The notes under the pieces were generated by a model. It was not told the origin of the DNA and did not search any database. It saw nothing but the letters and a program-made list of their open reading frames with translations. A stretch of 64,000 nt of DNA from a virus. A program made the translations under genes and the position numbers. Shown here one piece after another: positions 10,328-18,081 of this stretch. The stretch spans positions 32,001-96,000 of the IMG/VR virus record IMGVR_UViG_3300045049_000234; one strand, 5' to 3'. The first letter of the stretch is position 1. Every line of letters begins with the position of its first letter.

Positions 10328-10849
10328 TACGCCGAACTCACGAGCCAATGCCGCCTGACTTCCCCTCACGGTAGTTATCCGGGACCGGATGTCCTGGACC
10401 TGTTCGGCGCTGAGCCGCGAAGAAAAGCGCAGCTTGCTATCGCGATCCACATTGTTGTCGGTCTTTGTTCCGACGAACAGGTGCGCAACGTTGCAACACG
10501 GCGGGTTGTCGCATCGGTGAAGTACGCACATCCCGCGCGGGATCGGGCCGTGTTCGAGTTCGTAGGCGACGCGGTGTGTTGACATTGTCCTGTTGTTGAT
10601 GGTGATCAATCCATGGCCCGAATTACGCCGCGCGCCGGTCCATTCCATGCACCCACCTGGCGTGTGTTCTAGACCCCCGATCAGAACGCGCCTAAGTACT
10701 TCACCGTCCCGGTTCGACCTGCGCGCAGCCCCGGCACACAATGTGGAGCAGTATCGACCATCTCCGCGCGCTAGTCGGGACGGCGGCACGTATCGCTCGA
10801 ACCGGGACGCGCACATAGCGCAGTCCCGGAGTACATTCGGCTTCGGCAC
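10250..10849 (-). CDS. Free-standing HNH homing endonuclease
   Basis: CMEWTG...THRVAYELEHGPIP.GMCVLHRCDNPPCCNVAHLFVGT; N-terminal Cys cluster; C-terminal HTH. Confidence 0.85.
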   Translation of the reverse strand: MPKPNVLRDCAMCASRFERYVPPSRLARGDGRYCSTLCAGAARRSNRDGEVLRRVLIGGLEHTPGGCMEWTGARRNSGHGLITINNRTMSTHRVAYELEHGPIPRGMCVLHRCDNPPCCNVAHLFVGTKTDNNVDRDSKLRFSSRLSAEQVQDIRSRITTVRGSQAALAREFGVSRATISMIATGVTWRMILDGPQDDV

Positions 10850-10897
10850 ATCTCATGTTAACCGATGCCACGGGTACTACATCACCGTGAGGATGCC

Positions 10898-11926
10898 ATG
10901 ACTGTATTCGTCGCCGACATCGCCAGCTACCAACACGGCCTGAACGTGGCCAGCCTGCGCCCCGACTGCGTGGGCGTCCAGATCAAGTGCACCGAGGGCG
11001 CCTCGTACGTGAACCCGGACTACGCCGGATGGCTGGCTCAGGCGAAGGCCGCCGGGCTGCTCACGGTGGCGTACCACTACGTCAACGGGGACGACCCGAC
11101 GGCGCAGGCGGCGAACCTGGCGGCGCACATCGGCGACAAGTCACTGCCGGTGATGCTGGACACCGAGAAGGGTTCCGGCAACCTGCCGCACGTCTTGGAC
11201 GTCTGCGACGCGATGGATGCGGCCGGTCTGCGCCCGAAGCTGATCTACCTGCCGCAGTTCTACTGGTCGCAGATCGGTTCGCCGGACCTGCGCGCCCCGC
11301 TGGCGTCGCGCGGCCTGATGCTGGTCTCGGCGCACTATCCGAGCACCGCGCCGGGATCGCCCGCCGGTCTGTACCCCGGCGACTCCTCGCCGCTGTGGAA
11401 CGGCTACGGCGGCGCCGTGGTGTCCATGCTCCAGTTCACCGACGCCGCCGTGGAAGGCGGGCAGCAGGTGGACATGAACGCATACCGGGGCACCGCCGCC
11501 GCGCTGGCCGCCGCGCTGGGCGCACCGGTTCAGGACGCCCCGCCGCCCGCCTACTCGTGGCCGCAGCAGCGCGAGTGGTCGGCCGGTCCATGGGCGGGGA
11601 TCTTGCAGCGCGCCCTGATGCTGGCCGGACTGAACCCCGGCGCCGTTGACACGATGTTCGGCCCGTCCACCCTCGCGGCCGTCCTGGCGTTCCAGCGCGC
11701 CCACGGGCTCGCCGTGGACGGCGTCGTAGGCAAATACACGTGGGCGGCCCTCGCGTCGCGTGTGGAGGCCGTACAGCGCGCCCTGAACCGCCACGGCGCG
11801 CACCTGGCCGTGGACGGCGAAGCGGGATCGCTCACCGCCGCCGCCGTCACCGACTTCCAGCGCGCGAACCACCTGGCGGTTGACGGGATCTGTGGACCGT
11901 TGACGAGCCACGCGCTCGGAATCTAG
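10898..11926 (+). CDS. Endolysin: GH25 muramidase plus peptidoglycan-binding domains
   Basis: DIASYQ, KCTEG, AYHY, LDTE, QFT, VDMN GH25 motifs; repeated AFQRAHGLAVDGVVG PG-binding motifs. Confidence 0.9.
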   Translation: MTVFVADIASYQHGLNVASLRPDCVGVQIKCTEGASYVNPDYAGWLAQAKAAGLLTVAYHYVNGDDPTAQAANLAAHIGDKSLPVMLDTEKGSGNLPHVLDVCDAMDAAGLRPKLIYLPQFYWSQIGSPDLRAPLASRGLMLVSAHYPSTAPGSPAGLYPGDSSPLWNGYGGAVVSMLQFTDAAVEGGQQVDMNAYRGTAAALAAALGAPVQDAPPPAYSWPQQREWSAGPWAGILQRALMLAGLNPGAVDTMFGPSTLAAVLAFQRAHGLAVDGVVGKYTWAALASRVEAVQRALNRHGAHLAVDGEAGSLTAAAVTDFQRANHLAVDGICGPLTSHALGI

Positions 11927-11970
11927 ATGTAGACTTCCCTGCGGGTTGAGGGCACGAGACGGACTCCGTG

Positions 11971-12018
11971 ACACCGCACCCCCGGTAGCCTTTCGGCCGC
12001 CGGGGGTGCGGTGTTTTT
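11971..12018 (+). terminator. Intrinsic terminator ending the late/lysis operon
   Basis: ACACCGCACCCCCGG...CCGGGGGTGCGGTGT stem followed by TTTT, between convergent genes. Confidence 0.8.
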
Positions 12019-12024
12019 CGCGTT

Positions 12025-12615
12025 TCAGGCCGCGACCACTTCCACGTTGTCGGCGCTGGTGAACACGCGCTGGCCGTCGATCATCAGGCCGACGCGGTAC
12101 TTGGTCAGCCACTGCGTGCTGTTGTACTTGTCCTCGCCGAACCACACGACGACGGCCACGGTCCCCTTGGGGATCTTGCGGCCCTTGGTCACCTTCACCG
12201 TCTTGCCCTCGCGCGGGGTGGCCGCCTCCGCCGCGTCCCGCGCCGCCTGGCGCTCCACCGCCCGGTCATGCTCCCACGCCTTGAACTTGGCCAGCGTCTC
12301 CTCGTCGGCGTCCACGGCGGCGTTGTTGAAGTACGACCACCCGCGCGTGCTGGCGTACTCGACCTCGCGCGGCCCGCCCTTCGCGTCGTCCCACACCACC
12401 GCGTAAAAGTCGCTGTCGTGGTAGTGGTTGTGTTCGCCCAGGCGCAGCACGCGGCCGGTATAGGTGAACTCCACGACGTCGTCACCGTGCCACGTGCCGG
12501 TGGTGGTGGAACCGTCCAGGTACTTGCGCTCGGCGGCGTCCAGTTCGCGGTACTGCGGGTTGCCGGGGTTGCCGGGGTTGATGTTCTCGCGGTGGATGAG
12601 CATCTTGATCGCCAT
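12025..12615 (-). CDS. Hypothetical protein
   Basis: ATG with GAGGAGG RBS, own promoter upstream. Confidence 0.7.
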   Translation of the reverse strand: MAIKMLIHRENINPGNPGNPQYRELDAAERKYLDGSTTTGTWHGDDVVEFTYTGRVLRLGEHNHYHDSDFYAVVWDDAKGGPREVEYASTRGWSYFNNAAVDADEETLAKFKAWEHDRAVERQAARDAAEAATPREGKTVKVTKGRKIPKGTVAVVVWFGEDKYNSTQWLTKYRVGLMIDGQRVFTSADNVEVVAA

Positions 12616-12658
12616 CGGGTCCTCCTCGATCGGTGCGGGTTCCTCTCCCGCAACCCCT

Positions 12659-12687
12659 ACGGTACGCCGACGCGATAGCGTAGTCAA
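12659..12687 (-). promoter_or_regulatory. Conserved phage promoter
   Basis: TTGACT-ACGCTATC..-TACCGT, 17-nt spacer. Confidence 0.75.
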
Positions 12688-12743
12688 GGGACATGCCGGA
12701 ACCCGCCACCGGCGTTCCGGCAGCGGGTTCCGCGTGATCATCC

Positions 12744-13547
12744 CTACGCGCGGCCGTCCACACTCCAGTGGATCTCGTCCACCAACTCACCGGCGCGCGG
12801 CCCGTCGGCGATTCTCACCACCGTCGCGAAGTGGATGAACTCCCGGTCGTCCGTCTGCGCCGCACATCCAGCCGACATCAGCACGCGGTGCAGTTCGTAC
12901 TCCCCGCGCAGGTGGATGTACGTGACGGCGCGCTCGTCCACGTCGGCGCCGTAGTGCTCCTGTTCGAATCTGTACGCCATCTCGCGCCTGGTGTAGGTCC
13001 GTACGCCGTCCGCGCTAGCCTCCACGTATCCGGTAACGCGGTCCTGTGGCTCATCCAGGTCGGGCTGCGCCTGCGTCCATGCGAGCGCGTTCACGCGGTC
13101 CGCCTCAATGCCGCAGTAGTCCGTGGCGTCGGCCGCGTGGTAGGCGAAGATCGAGGTCTGCGTGTCGTTGCGCGCCGCCGGAAGTAGCGTGTCCACGTAG
13201 GTCGTGCGGGCGGTGGGCGGGGCGCCCGGCACGAACAGGTCGTACGTGTGCGCCAGTGGGCACAGTGCGCGGTCCCGTCCGGACAGCGTGCCGTGGAACA
13301 CCATCCCCTCGTCCGTGATCCACACCTCCGTGGCGAGCCCGCCGCTGGGCGCGTCGTGCGCGATGTCGGCCAGGCCGTACTGGATCGCGGTCGCGAGCGC
13401 GTCATCCACGCCGCTCAGTTGCGAGCGCATGGTGTGGCACACTGCGGATGCCAGCATGCGGGGCGCCGTGCGTCCGTCGTTCACCATGCGGTGCGGCAGC
13501 TTGTCCAGGACGTCCGCGACGGTGGCGCGGCGTTTCACGTCGGTCAT
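12744..13547 (-). CDS. Hypothetical protein
   Basis: RBS AAGGAGG, 267 aa. Confidence 0.7.
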   Translation of the reverse strand: MTDVKRRATVADVLDKLPHRMVNDGRTAPRMLASAVCHTMRSQLSGVDDALATAIQYGLADIAHDAPSGGLATEVWITDEGMVFHGTLSGRDRALCPLAHTYDLFVPGAPPTARTTYVDTLLPAARNDTQTSIFAYHAADATDYCGIEADRVNALAWTQAQPDLDEPQDRVTGYVEASADGVRTYTRREMAYRFEQEHYGADVDERAVTYIHLRGEYELHRVLMSAGCAAQTDDREFIHFATVVRIADGPRAGELVDEIHWSVDGRA

Positions 13548-13585
13548 GATTCCTCCTTCGGCGGGTTCCTCTCCCGCGTGTCCCC

Positions 13586-13614
13586 AAAGTACTACGTGTT
13601 GTTAGCGGAGTCAA
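13586..13614 (-). promoter_or_regulatory. Conserved phage promoter
   Basis: TTGACT-CCGCTAAC..-TACTTT. Confidence 0.75.
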
Positions 13615-13876
13615 TAGAAACGCCCCGCTCCGGCATCCACCGTGCGGGGCGTTCGCGTGTCGCCGGATACCAATCCAGGGTCCACTCGTCCATGCCGCCG
13701 ATGGCGGCGGCCATGGCGGCAGCGGCGGCGTCGTGACGGCCGATGTCGGGAATCGCGTCGGACAGCGACTGCGACGCGTCGTCGAGTGCGCGCACCGACA
13801 CGGCGTCCATCGGCGTGCAGTCGCCCGAGACGGCGCCGAGCGATTCGAATACGTAGTCGGGTCCGGCGTTAAGCAT
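13592..13876 (-). CDS. Hypothetical protein
   Basis: GGAGG RBS before ATG at 13876. Confidence 0.5.
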   Translation of the reverse strand: MLNAGPDYVFESLGAVSGDCTPMDAVSVRALDDASQSLSDAIPDIGRHDAAAAAMAAAIGGMDEWTLDWYPATRERPARWMPERGVSIDSANNT

Positions 13877-13998
13877 CAATTCCTCCATGGATACGGGTCG
13901 AAGCCCCCCGCGCCGGGGATGTGCGCGGGGGGCAGATCGTGCGGTCAGGCGTAGTGCTTCACACACACCGGGCCGATTCCCCGTCCGCCCATGGACAC

Positions 13999-14027
13999 AA
14001 CATACACCCGTCGGATAGCGTCGTCAA
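13999..14027 (-). promoter_or_regulatory. Conserved phage promoter
   Basis: TTGACG-ACGCTATC..-TATGTT. Confidence 0.7.
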
Positions 14028-14197
14028 GGCATATGACCTGGAACAGGCCCCGGCGTCCACGTCGCCGTGTTGTACGGCGTCGCCACCGGCCCGTAGTGCG
14101 GCATCACCGGCATGGACGTTGGGCGCAGCGCCCACGCGATGCCGAGGGCCGCGCCCATCAAGAGCGCGGCCGTAAGGGCGTTGTACAGGATGCGCAT
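14024..14197 (-). CDS. Small membrane protein
   Basis: Coupled to upstream gene by TGATG; N-terminal TM helix. Confidence 0.55.
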   Translation of the reverse strand: MRILYNALTAALLMGAALGIAWALRPTSMPVMPHYGPVATPYNTATWTPGPVPGHMP

Positions 14198-14817
14198 CAC
14201 GGCCCCGGCCACGGCAAGATCGTTATGTGCGAAGTGCGCCCGTCCTCGGGTGCGAGGCGGTACCCGGCGGCGGTCAGTTGGTCGCGCATCTCCGCCACCG
14301 CGTCGCGCGCCTGCGCGGGGGTCCATTCGTCCACCCATATGCGCACGGCGACGTGTGCCAGCACCCCGCGCCCGATCTGCACCACGCGGATGCCGCTGCG
14401 CATCGCGCCGGACTGGTTGGAGATGATCCACCACCCCGCCTTGCGCAGCATGCGCGAGACGGACGCGGCGTTGGGCGGCTTGGGCGGCGCGCACAGCGTC
14501 CCGCCGGGGAACTGCATCACCAGGTAATCGATGATCTCGGCGCGCGTGGCGCCCTCGAAGGGGTTCAGCATGCCGTCGGTGCCGTAGAGCTTCCATCCGG
14601 ACCACGTGTCGCCGTCCGCCTGCGTGGACTTGATCGCGTACGCCGGGACCTGGAATCCGCAGTTCTTGGCGACGGAGTCCAAGTTCACCGTGTCGGGGGT
14701 GTCGTTCATGTTGTCGATCGCCACGGCGGTGATCGAACGCGCCTTCTCCACGATCCACAAGTTCGGGTAGAAGGTGTGGCCGACCACGCGCCGCGCGGTG
14801 CGGTACTGGTCTCGCAT
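14197..14817 (-). CDS. Hypothetical protein
   Basis: GAGGAGG RBS, promoter upstream. Confidence 0.7.
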   Translation of the reverse strand: MRDQYRTARRVVGHTFYPNLWIVEKARSITAVAIDNMNDTPDTVNLDSVAKNCGFQVPAYAIKSTQADGDTWSGWKLYGTDGMLNPFEGATRAEIIDYLVMQFPGGTLCAPPKPPNAASVSRMLRKAGWWIISNQSGAMRSGIRVVQIGRGVLAHVAVRIWVDEWTPAQARDAVAEMRDQLTAAGYRLAPEDGRTSHITILPWPGP

Positions 14818-14862
14818 TGGGTCCTCCTCGGTCGGCCCGGTTCCTCCGCCGGGCGCGTCCCT

Positions 14863-14891
14863 AATGTAGCGTCGCCGGTTAGCAGAGTCAA
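14863..14891 (-). promoter_or_regulatory. Conserved phage promoter
   Basis: TTGACT-CTGCTAAC..-TACATT. Confidence 0.75.
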
Positions 14892-15073
14892 GGGCCAAGG
14901 AACACGAGCTGCGACGGCGGGTAGAACCGGTGGTCGTTCGGGAAGTCATCCCACGATACGCGGAATGATCCGTCGCGTTCCTCAACGACAGTGCCCGGCG
15001 ACGGGCAGTCCACAAGGGCCACCCTGTCGCCGGGCACGAACGCCGGGCCGGACCTACGCCGCCGGGCTGTCAT
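14888..15073 (-). CDS. Small SH3-like hypothetical protein
   Basis: FVPGDRVAL...GTVVE...FRVSWD pattern; overlaps the Ro60 stop. Confidence 0.45.
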   Translation of the reverse strand: MTARRRRSGPAFVPGDRVALVDCPSPGTVVEERDGSFRVSWDDFPNDHRFYPPSQLVFLGP

Positions 15074-16772
15074 CCTGCTCCCACGGCCAGCGGTCGCCGC
15101 GACCAGCCGCCGCCCACGCGAACATCTTGAACACCGCGTCCGAGAAACCGCCGACCTCGAACCGGTTCGGCTGCTTGGTGTCGATCGACGCCTTGGAGTA
15201 GCCCGTGGTGTCGATCCCGAACAGCGGCACCGACGCCGGGACCGCGTCGGACACCGACGTGGCGCGCGGCGCGACCAGCCCGGACCGGCGCACGCCGTAC
15301 CCGCCGCTGTAGTACCCGCCGTACGCGAACGCCTGGCCGTCGGTGACCACGATTACCCGGTCGTGGCCCTTGAACGTGGCCTCGATGGCGCCGATGGTCT
15401 GCGTGCCGTGGCCCACCTCGCCGATGCGCTTGGTGAACCGGTCGATCTCGCGCAGCATGCTGCCGCCCAGCGCGATGTCGTGCTGGAACACGCCGTCCGC
15501 GTAGCCGTACAGGCTCACTTTGCCGCCGGTGCGGTACGCCAGCGCCACGCCGATCAGCGCGCCGATGTCCACGTGCCGGATCTGCGACTTGCCAGACACC
15601 GGGGACTGCATGGAGCTGGAGGTGTCCACCAGCACCAGCGTGCGCCCGTCCAGGAGCGGGATGTTCGCCGTGGCCGCTGCCAGCGCCTGCTCCAGCGCGT
15701 GACCCCACCGCAGCGACGGTGCGGCCTTGTACGCCGACAGGAACCGGTACGGGAACTGCCGAGAGCGCGCCACTTCCGCCGGGTCGGCGATCTTCGCCGC
15801 CACCTGCGCCGCGACCTTGTCAGAGACCTTCGCCTCGTCGAAGTTGCGCAGGTTGCGGATCAGCGCCATGTAGCCCATCGACGGGATGATCGCCTCCCAC
15901 GCGGCGCGGTCCATCGGACCCTGAAGCCAACCGGCCAGGATCTCCCACGTGATGCCCGCGTCGTTCAGACGCTGCGCCCCGCCGTCGGCCAGCAGGACCG
16001 CACGGCGCTCCGCCACCGGCAGCGCCATCAGATCGCGGTTCGCGCGCAGGATGCGCAGCGACTCGGGAACGTCCAGCTCCGGCTCGTGCGGCTTGGACAC
16101 CACGTAGTCGAACAGGTCGTGCTGCCACGGCGCCTTGATGGTCTGCGCGGAGTCGTCGCGGTCGCCCGAGTGCGTCAGGTCCAGCACGCGGCGCCACGAG
16201 AAGCCGGGGTGCGCCACGTCGCCGTACTTGATGAAATTGCGCTCGTTGCCCATGCGGATCATGGCGTCGGCGATACCGCGCTTGAGCGGCTTGGGCAACG
16301 CCATCCCGTAGCGCGACGTCCAGTACGCCAAAAGCTCGCCGGGCTCGTCCGGGCGCTGGAGCGCGTCGCGCACGACGCTGCGCGCGGAGATGGTCGGCAG
16401 CGGGTACTGCGTGCCGGTGCGGCCGGTGCCCATCTCGTCGCGGCGCGCGTGGACGTACTCCGCCGCCGCGACGACCGACGCCGAGCGCATCAGGCCCTCG
16501 CTGCGAAGCCACTTGATGAACCGCGCGGTCCAGTCGGGGTGCTGGACGGCGCACTGACGCACCAGGTTGCGGAACCGGACGTCGCGGTCGCCCGCCTTCT
16601 CGTAGAACGTGTCCTCGCCGACCATGTTCGTCACGGCCAGCAGGAACAGATCGGACTGCGGGGTGCGGGTCCACGCGGCGCCGCCCTCGTGGGTGGTGGT
16701 GCGCTCGTCGGTGGTCCGGATGACGCCCGGCGCAGTGGTCTGCTTGCCGAGCTGCTTGGTGAACTTCGCCAC
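15054..16772 (-). CDS. rsr: Ro60 / TROVE-domain RNA-binding protein (Rsr-like) with C-terminal vWA
   Basis: THEGG, DTFYE, MRS, KY, TWE, MGYMALIRNLRN, SRQFPYRFLSAY TROVE motifs; vWA MIDAS LVDTSSSM and VIVVTDGQ. Confidence 0.93.
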   Translation of the reverse strand: MAKFTKQLGKQTTAPGVIRTTDERTTTHEGGAAWTRTPQSDLFLLAVTNMVGEDTFYEKAGDRDVRFRNLVRQCAVQHPDWTARFIKWLRSEGLMRSASVVAAAEYVHARRDEMGTGRTGTQYPLPTISARSVVRDALQRPDEPGELLAYWTSRYGMALPKPLKRGIADAMIRMGNERNFIKYGDVAHPGFSWRRVLDLTHSGDRDDSAQTIKAPWQHDLFDYVVSKPHEPELDVPESLRILRANRDLMALPVAERRAVLLADGGAQRLNDAGITWEILAGWLQGPMDRAAWEAIIPSMGYMALIRNLRNFDEAKVSDKVAAQVAAKIADPAEVARSRQFPYRFLSAYKAAPSLRWGHALEQALAAATANIPLLDGRTLVLVDTSSSMQSPVSGKSQIRHVDIGALIGVALAYRTGGKVSLYGYADGVFQHDIALGGSMLREIDRFTKRIGEVGHGTQTIGAIEATFKGHDRVIVVTDGQAFAYGGYYSGGYGVRRSGLVAPRATSVSDAVPASVPLFGIDTTGYSKASIDTKQPNRFEVGGFSDAVFKMFAWAAAGRGDRWPWEQDDSPAA

Positions 16773-16821
16773 GGTCGGGTTCCTCTCTACGTGCGTGTGC
16801 TGTGCGGGAGGAACCGGCAGG

Positions 16822-16961
16822 GGTGACCCGAGATTGAAGCGACGGCGGCTGTTTTGACTGATGCTCTACCAAGTGAGCTACCGAGGGTAAAGCCCCCCGG
16901 ATTGGGATCGAACCAATAACCTTCAGTTCCGAAGTATCCGCCATCAGGGCACCGGGTCACC
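16822..16961 (-). ncRNA. Y-RNA-like unit (YrlA-type permuted tRNA: T arm, closed acceptor, D arm)
   Basis: Terminal 9-bp stem; AUUGG-UUCGAUC-CCAAU; CCGGGGG/CCCUCGG; GCUC-ACUUGGUA-GAGC. Confidence 0.85.
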
Positions 16962-16970
16962 GGTGCTGGA

Positions 16971-17099
16971 CCTCCCGAGGTTGGGGTGTGCGGGACTAAG
17001 TTGCCTTAGACCATCTCGGCCACACGCGGCGGACCGCGTGACAGGATTCGAACCTGCGTTCGTTTGCACGAAGTAAGTTCCGCACGGGGCACCGGGAGA
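16971..17099 (-). ncRNA. Y-RNA-like unit (GCAA hairpin, T arm, closed acceptor, D arm)
   Basis: Scaffold CCGGUGCC..UACUUC..CAACCUCGG; GCAGG-UUCGAAU-CCUGU; CACGCGG/CCGCGUG. Confidence 0.82.
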
Positions 17100-17133
17100 T
17101 GCCTTTACTGTCAGTGTTCAGTTGTCAATGGGG

Positions 17134-17279
17134 TCGCGCCCGAGGTTGAGTCGGTGATCGTTGTTCTCTGTTGTGCTGCCGTTACACCACACGCCCCAGG
17201 TGGGGGGCGCGCCGGATTCGAACCGGACCTCCGGTTCCCTAGACCGGTGAAGTAACGATCTCCTTGGCACCGGGCGCGA
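17134..17279 (-). ncRNA. Y-RNA-like unit (anticodon arm AGG, T arm, closed acceptor, D arm)
   Basis: CCGGU-CUAGGGA-ACCGG; CCGG-UUCGAAU-CCGG; CGCGCCCC/GGGGCGUG. Confidence 0.82.
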
Positions 17280-17288
17280 TGTCTGTGG

Positions 17289-17435
17289 GCCGTGTCCGAG
17301 ATTGAGGTCGGACGATCGTGACGTTAGGTGCTCTGGGCCACTGAGCCACAGGGGACACAGTCCCCCGCCGGGATTCGAACCCGGGTCACCCGCTTAAGAG
17401 GCGAAGTAACGATCATCCTGGGCACCGGACACGGC
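17289..17435 (-). ncRNA. Y-RNA-like unit (anticodon arm CUU, T arm, closed acceptor, D arm)
   Basis: UUCGC-CUCUUAA-GCGGG; CCGGG-UUCGAAU-CCCGG; GCUC-AGUGGCCCA-GAGC. Confidence 0.82.
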
Positions 17436-17445
17436 ATCCGTTTAG

Positions 17446-17592
17446 TCCACCCCGAGGTTGAATCAGAGACCGGTATTCTTAAAGAAGGACTCGAACCTTC
17501 ACCTCCGGCTTTTCAAAGCCAGCGTGCTGCCAATTACACCACTCGGCCATGAGTGGCCGAGGAAGTATCGGTATCAATGGCACCGGGATGGA
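17446..17592 (-). ncRNA. Y-RNA-like unit (closed acceptor, D arm, anticodon arm, T arm)
   Basis: CUCGGCCA/UGGCCGAG; GUG-UAAUUGGCAG-CAC; CUGGC-UUUGAAAA-GCCGG; GAAGG-UUCGAGU-CCUUC. Confidence 0.82.
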
Positions 17593-17600
17593 TGCCTGGC

Positions 17601-17712
17601 CCCTCCCGAGATTGAGGTGGCCGACGGAGAACGGGACTTGAACCCGCAGCGTTTCCTTGGAAGGGAAATTTCGAACCATTCGAAGTAACCGTAGACCTGG
17701 GCACCGGGAGGG
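17601..17712 (-). ncRNA. Y-RNA-like unit (D arm, anticodon arm UCC, T arm in canonical order)
   Basis: UUUCC-CUUCCAA-GGAAA; GCGGG-UUCAAGU-CCCGU. Confidence 0.82.
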
Positions 17713-17721
17713 AATTCTATG

Positions 17722-17800
17722 GTGTCCCCGAGATTGAAAGCGGCGGCCGGTGTGTTTCCATTTGGAGTGAAGTAACCGATTGCCTGGGCACCGGGGACAC
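17722..17800 (-). ncRNA. Minimal Y-RNA-like unit with Trp-type anticodon loop
   Basis: Scaffold plus UUCA-CUCCAAA-UGGA. Confidence 0.75.
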
Positions 17801-17806
17801 GTACGC

Positions 17807-17929
17807 GGCATTCCCGAGGTTCACGGTGGATCGACGACGGGGGTTCTCCGTCCCCACGCTCCGCGTGAGGGTTCCCCCTATGGTGCACTGGTGGAGGAAG
17901 TATCGCCGGTCCGAGGCACCGGGAATGCC
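17807..17929 (-). ncRNA. Y-RNA-like unit with non-tRNA insert
   Basis: 10-bp terminal stem and same scaffold motifs; no T-loop. Confidence 0.7.
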
Positions 17930-17953
17930 CACTGTTCAGTTATCAAGAAGCGC

Positions 17954-18033
17954 GTCCCCGAGATTAAGGGCGACGTCCGGAACGGGATTCAAATTTACAG
18001 TTTGAAGTAGCCGGTCGTCTGGGCACCGGGGAC
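17954..18033 (-). ncRNA. Minimal Y-RNA-like unit with Tyr-type anticodon loop
   Basis: Scaffold plus UUCAAA-CUGUAAA-UUUGAA. Confidence 0.78.
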
Positions 18034-18081
18034 AAAGTCGGTGCGTTTCGGCGGGGGTTGGGTTCCCGTTTCAACACGCAT

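Noticed and set aside
14991-16826. Long + strand ORF antisense to Ro60, and similar shadows (1226-2422, 29049-30662, 33235-34737, 38480-40171)
   Set aside because: Typical high-GC shadow frames opposite genes with clear motifs
16925-16937. Arg(UCG) anticodon in the YrlA-type unit (CUUCGGA)
   Set aside because: CUUC belongs to the scaffold motif shared by all units, so the match may be coincidental
16822-17712. Cluster of ordinary tRNA genes
   Set aside because: Arms are permuted, acceptor stems are closed or replaced, and there are no free NCCA ends
16822-18033. CRISPR array
   Set aside because: Recurring motifs are short, split and embedded in covarying stems; inserts are tRNA-like rather than spacers; no cas operon
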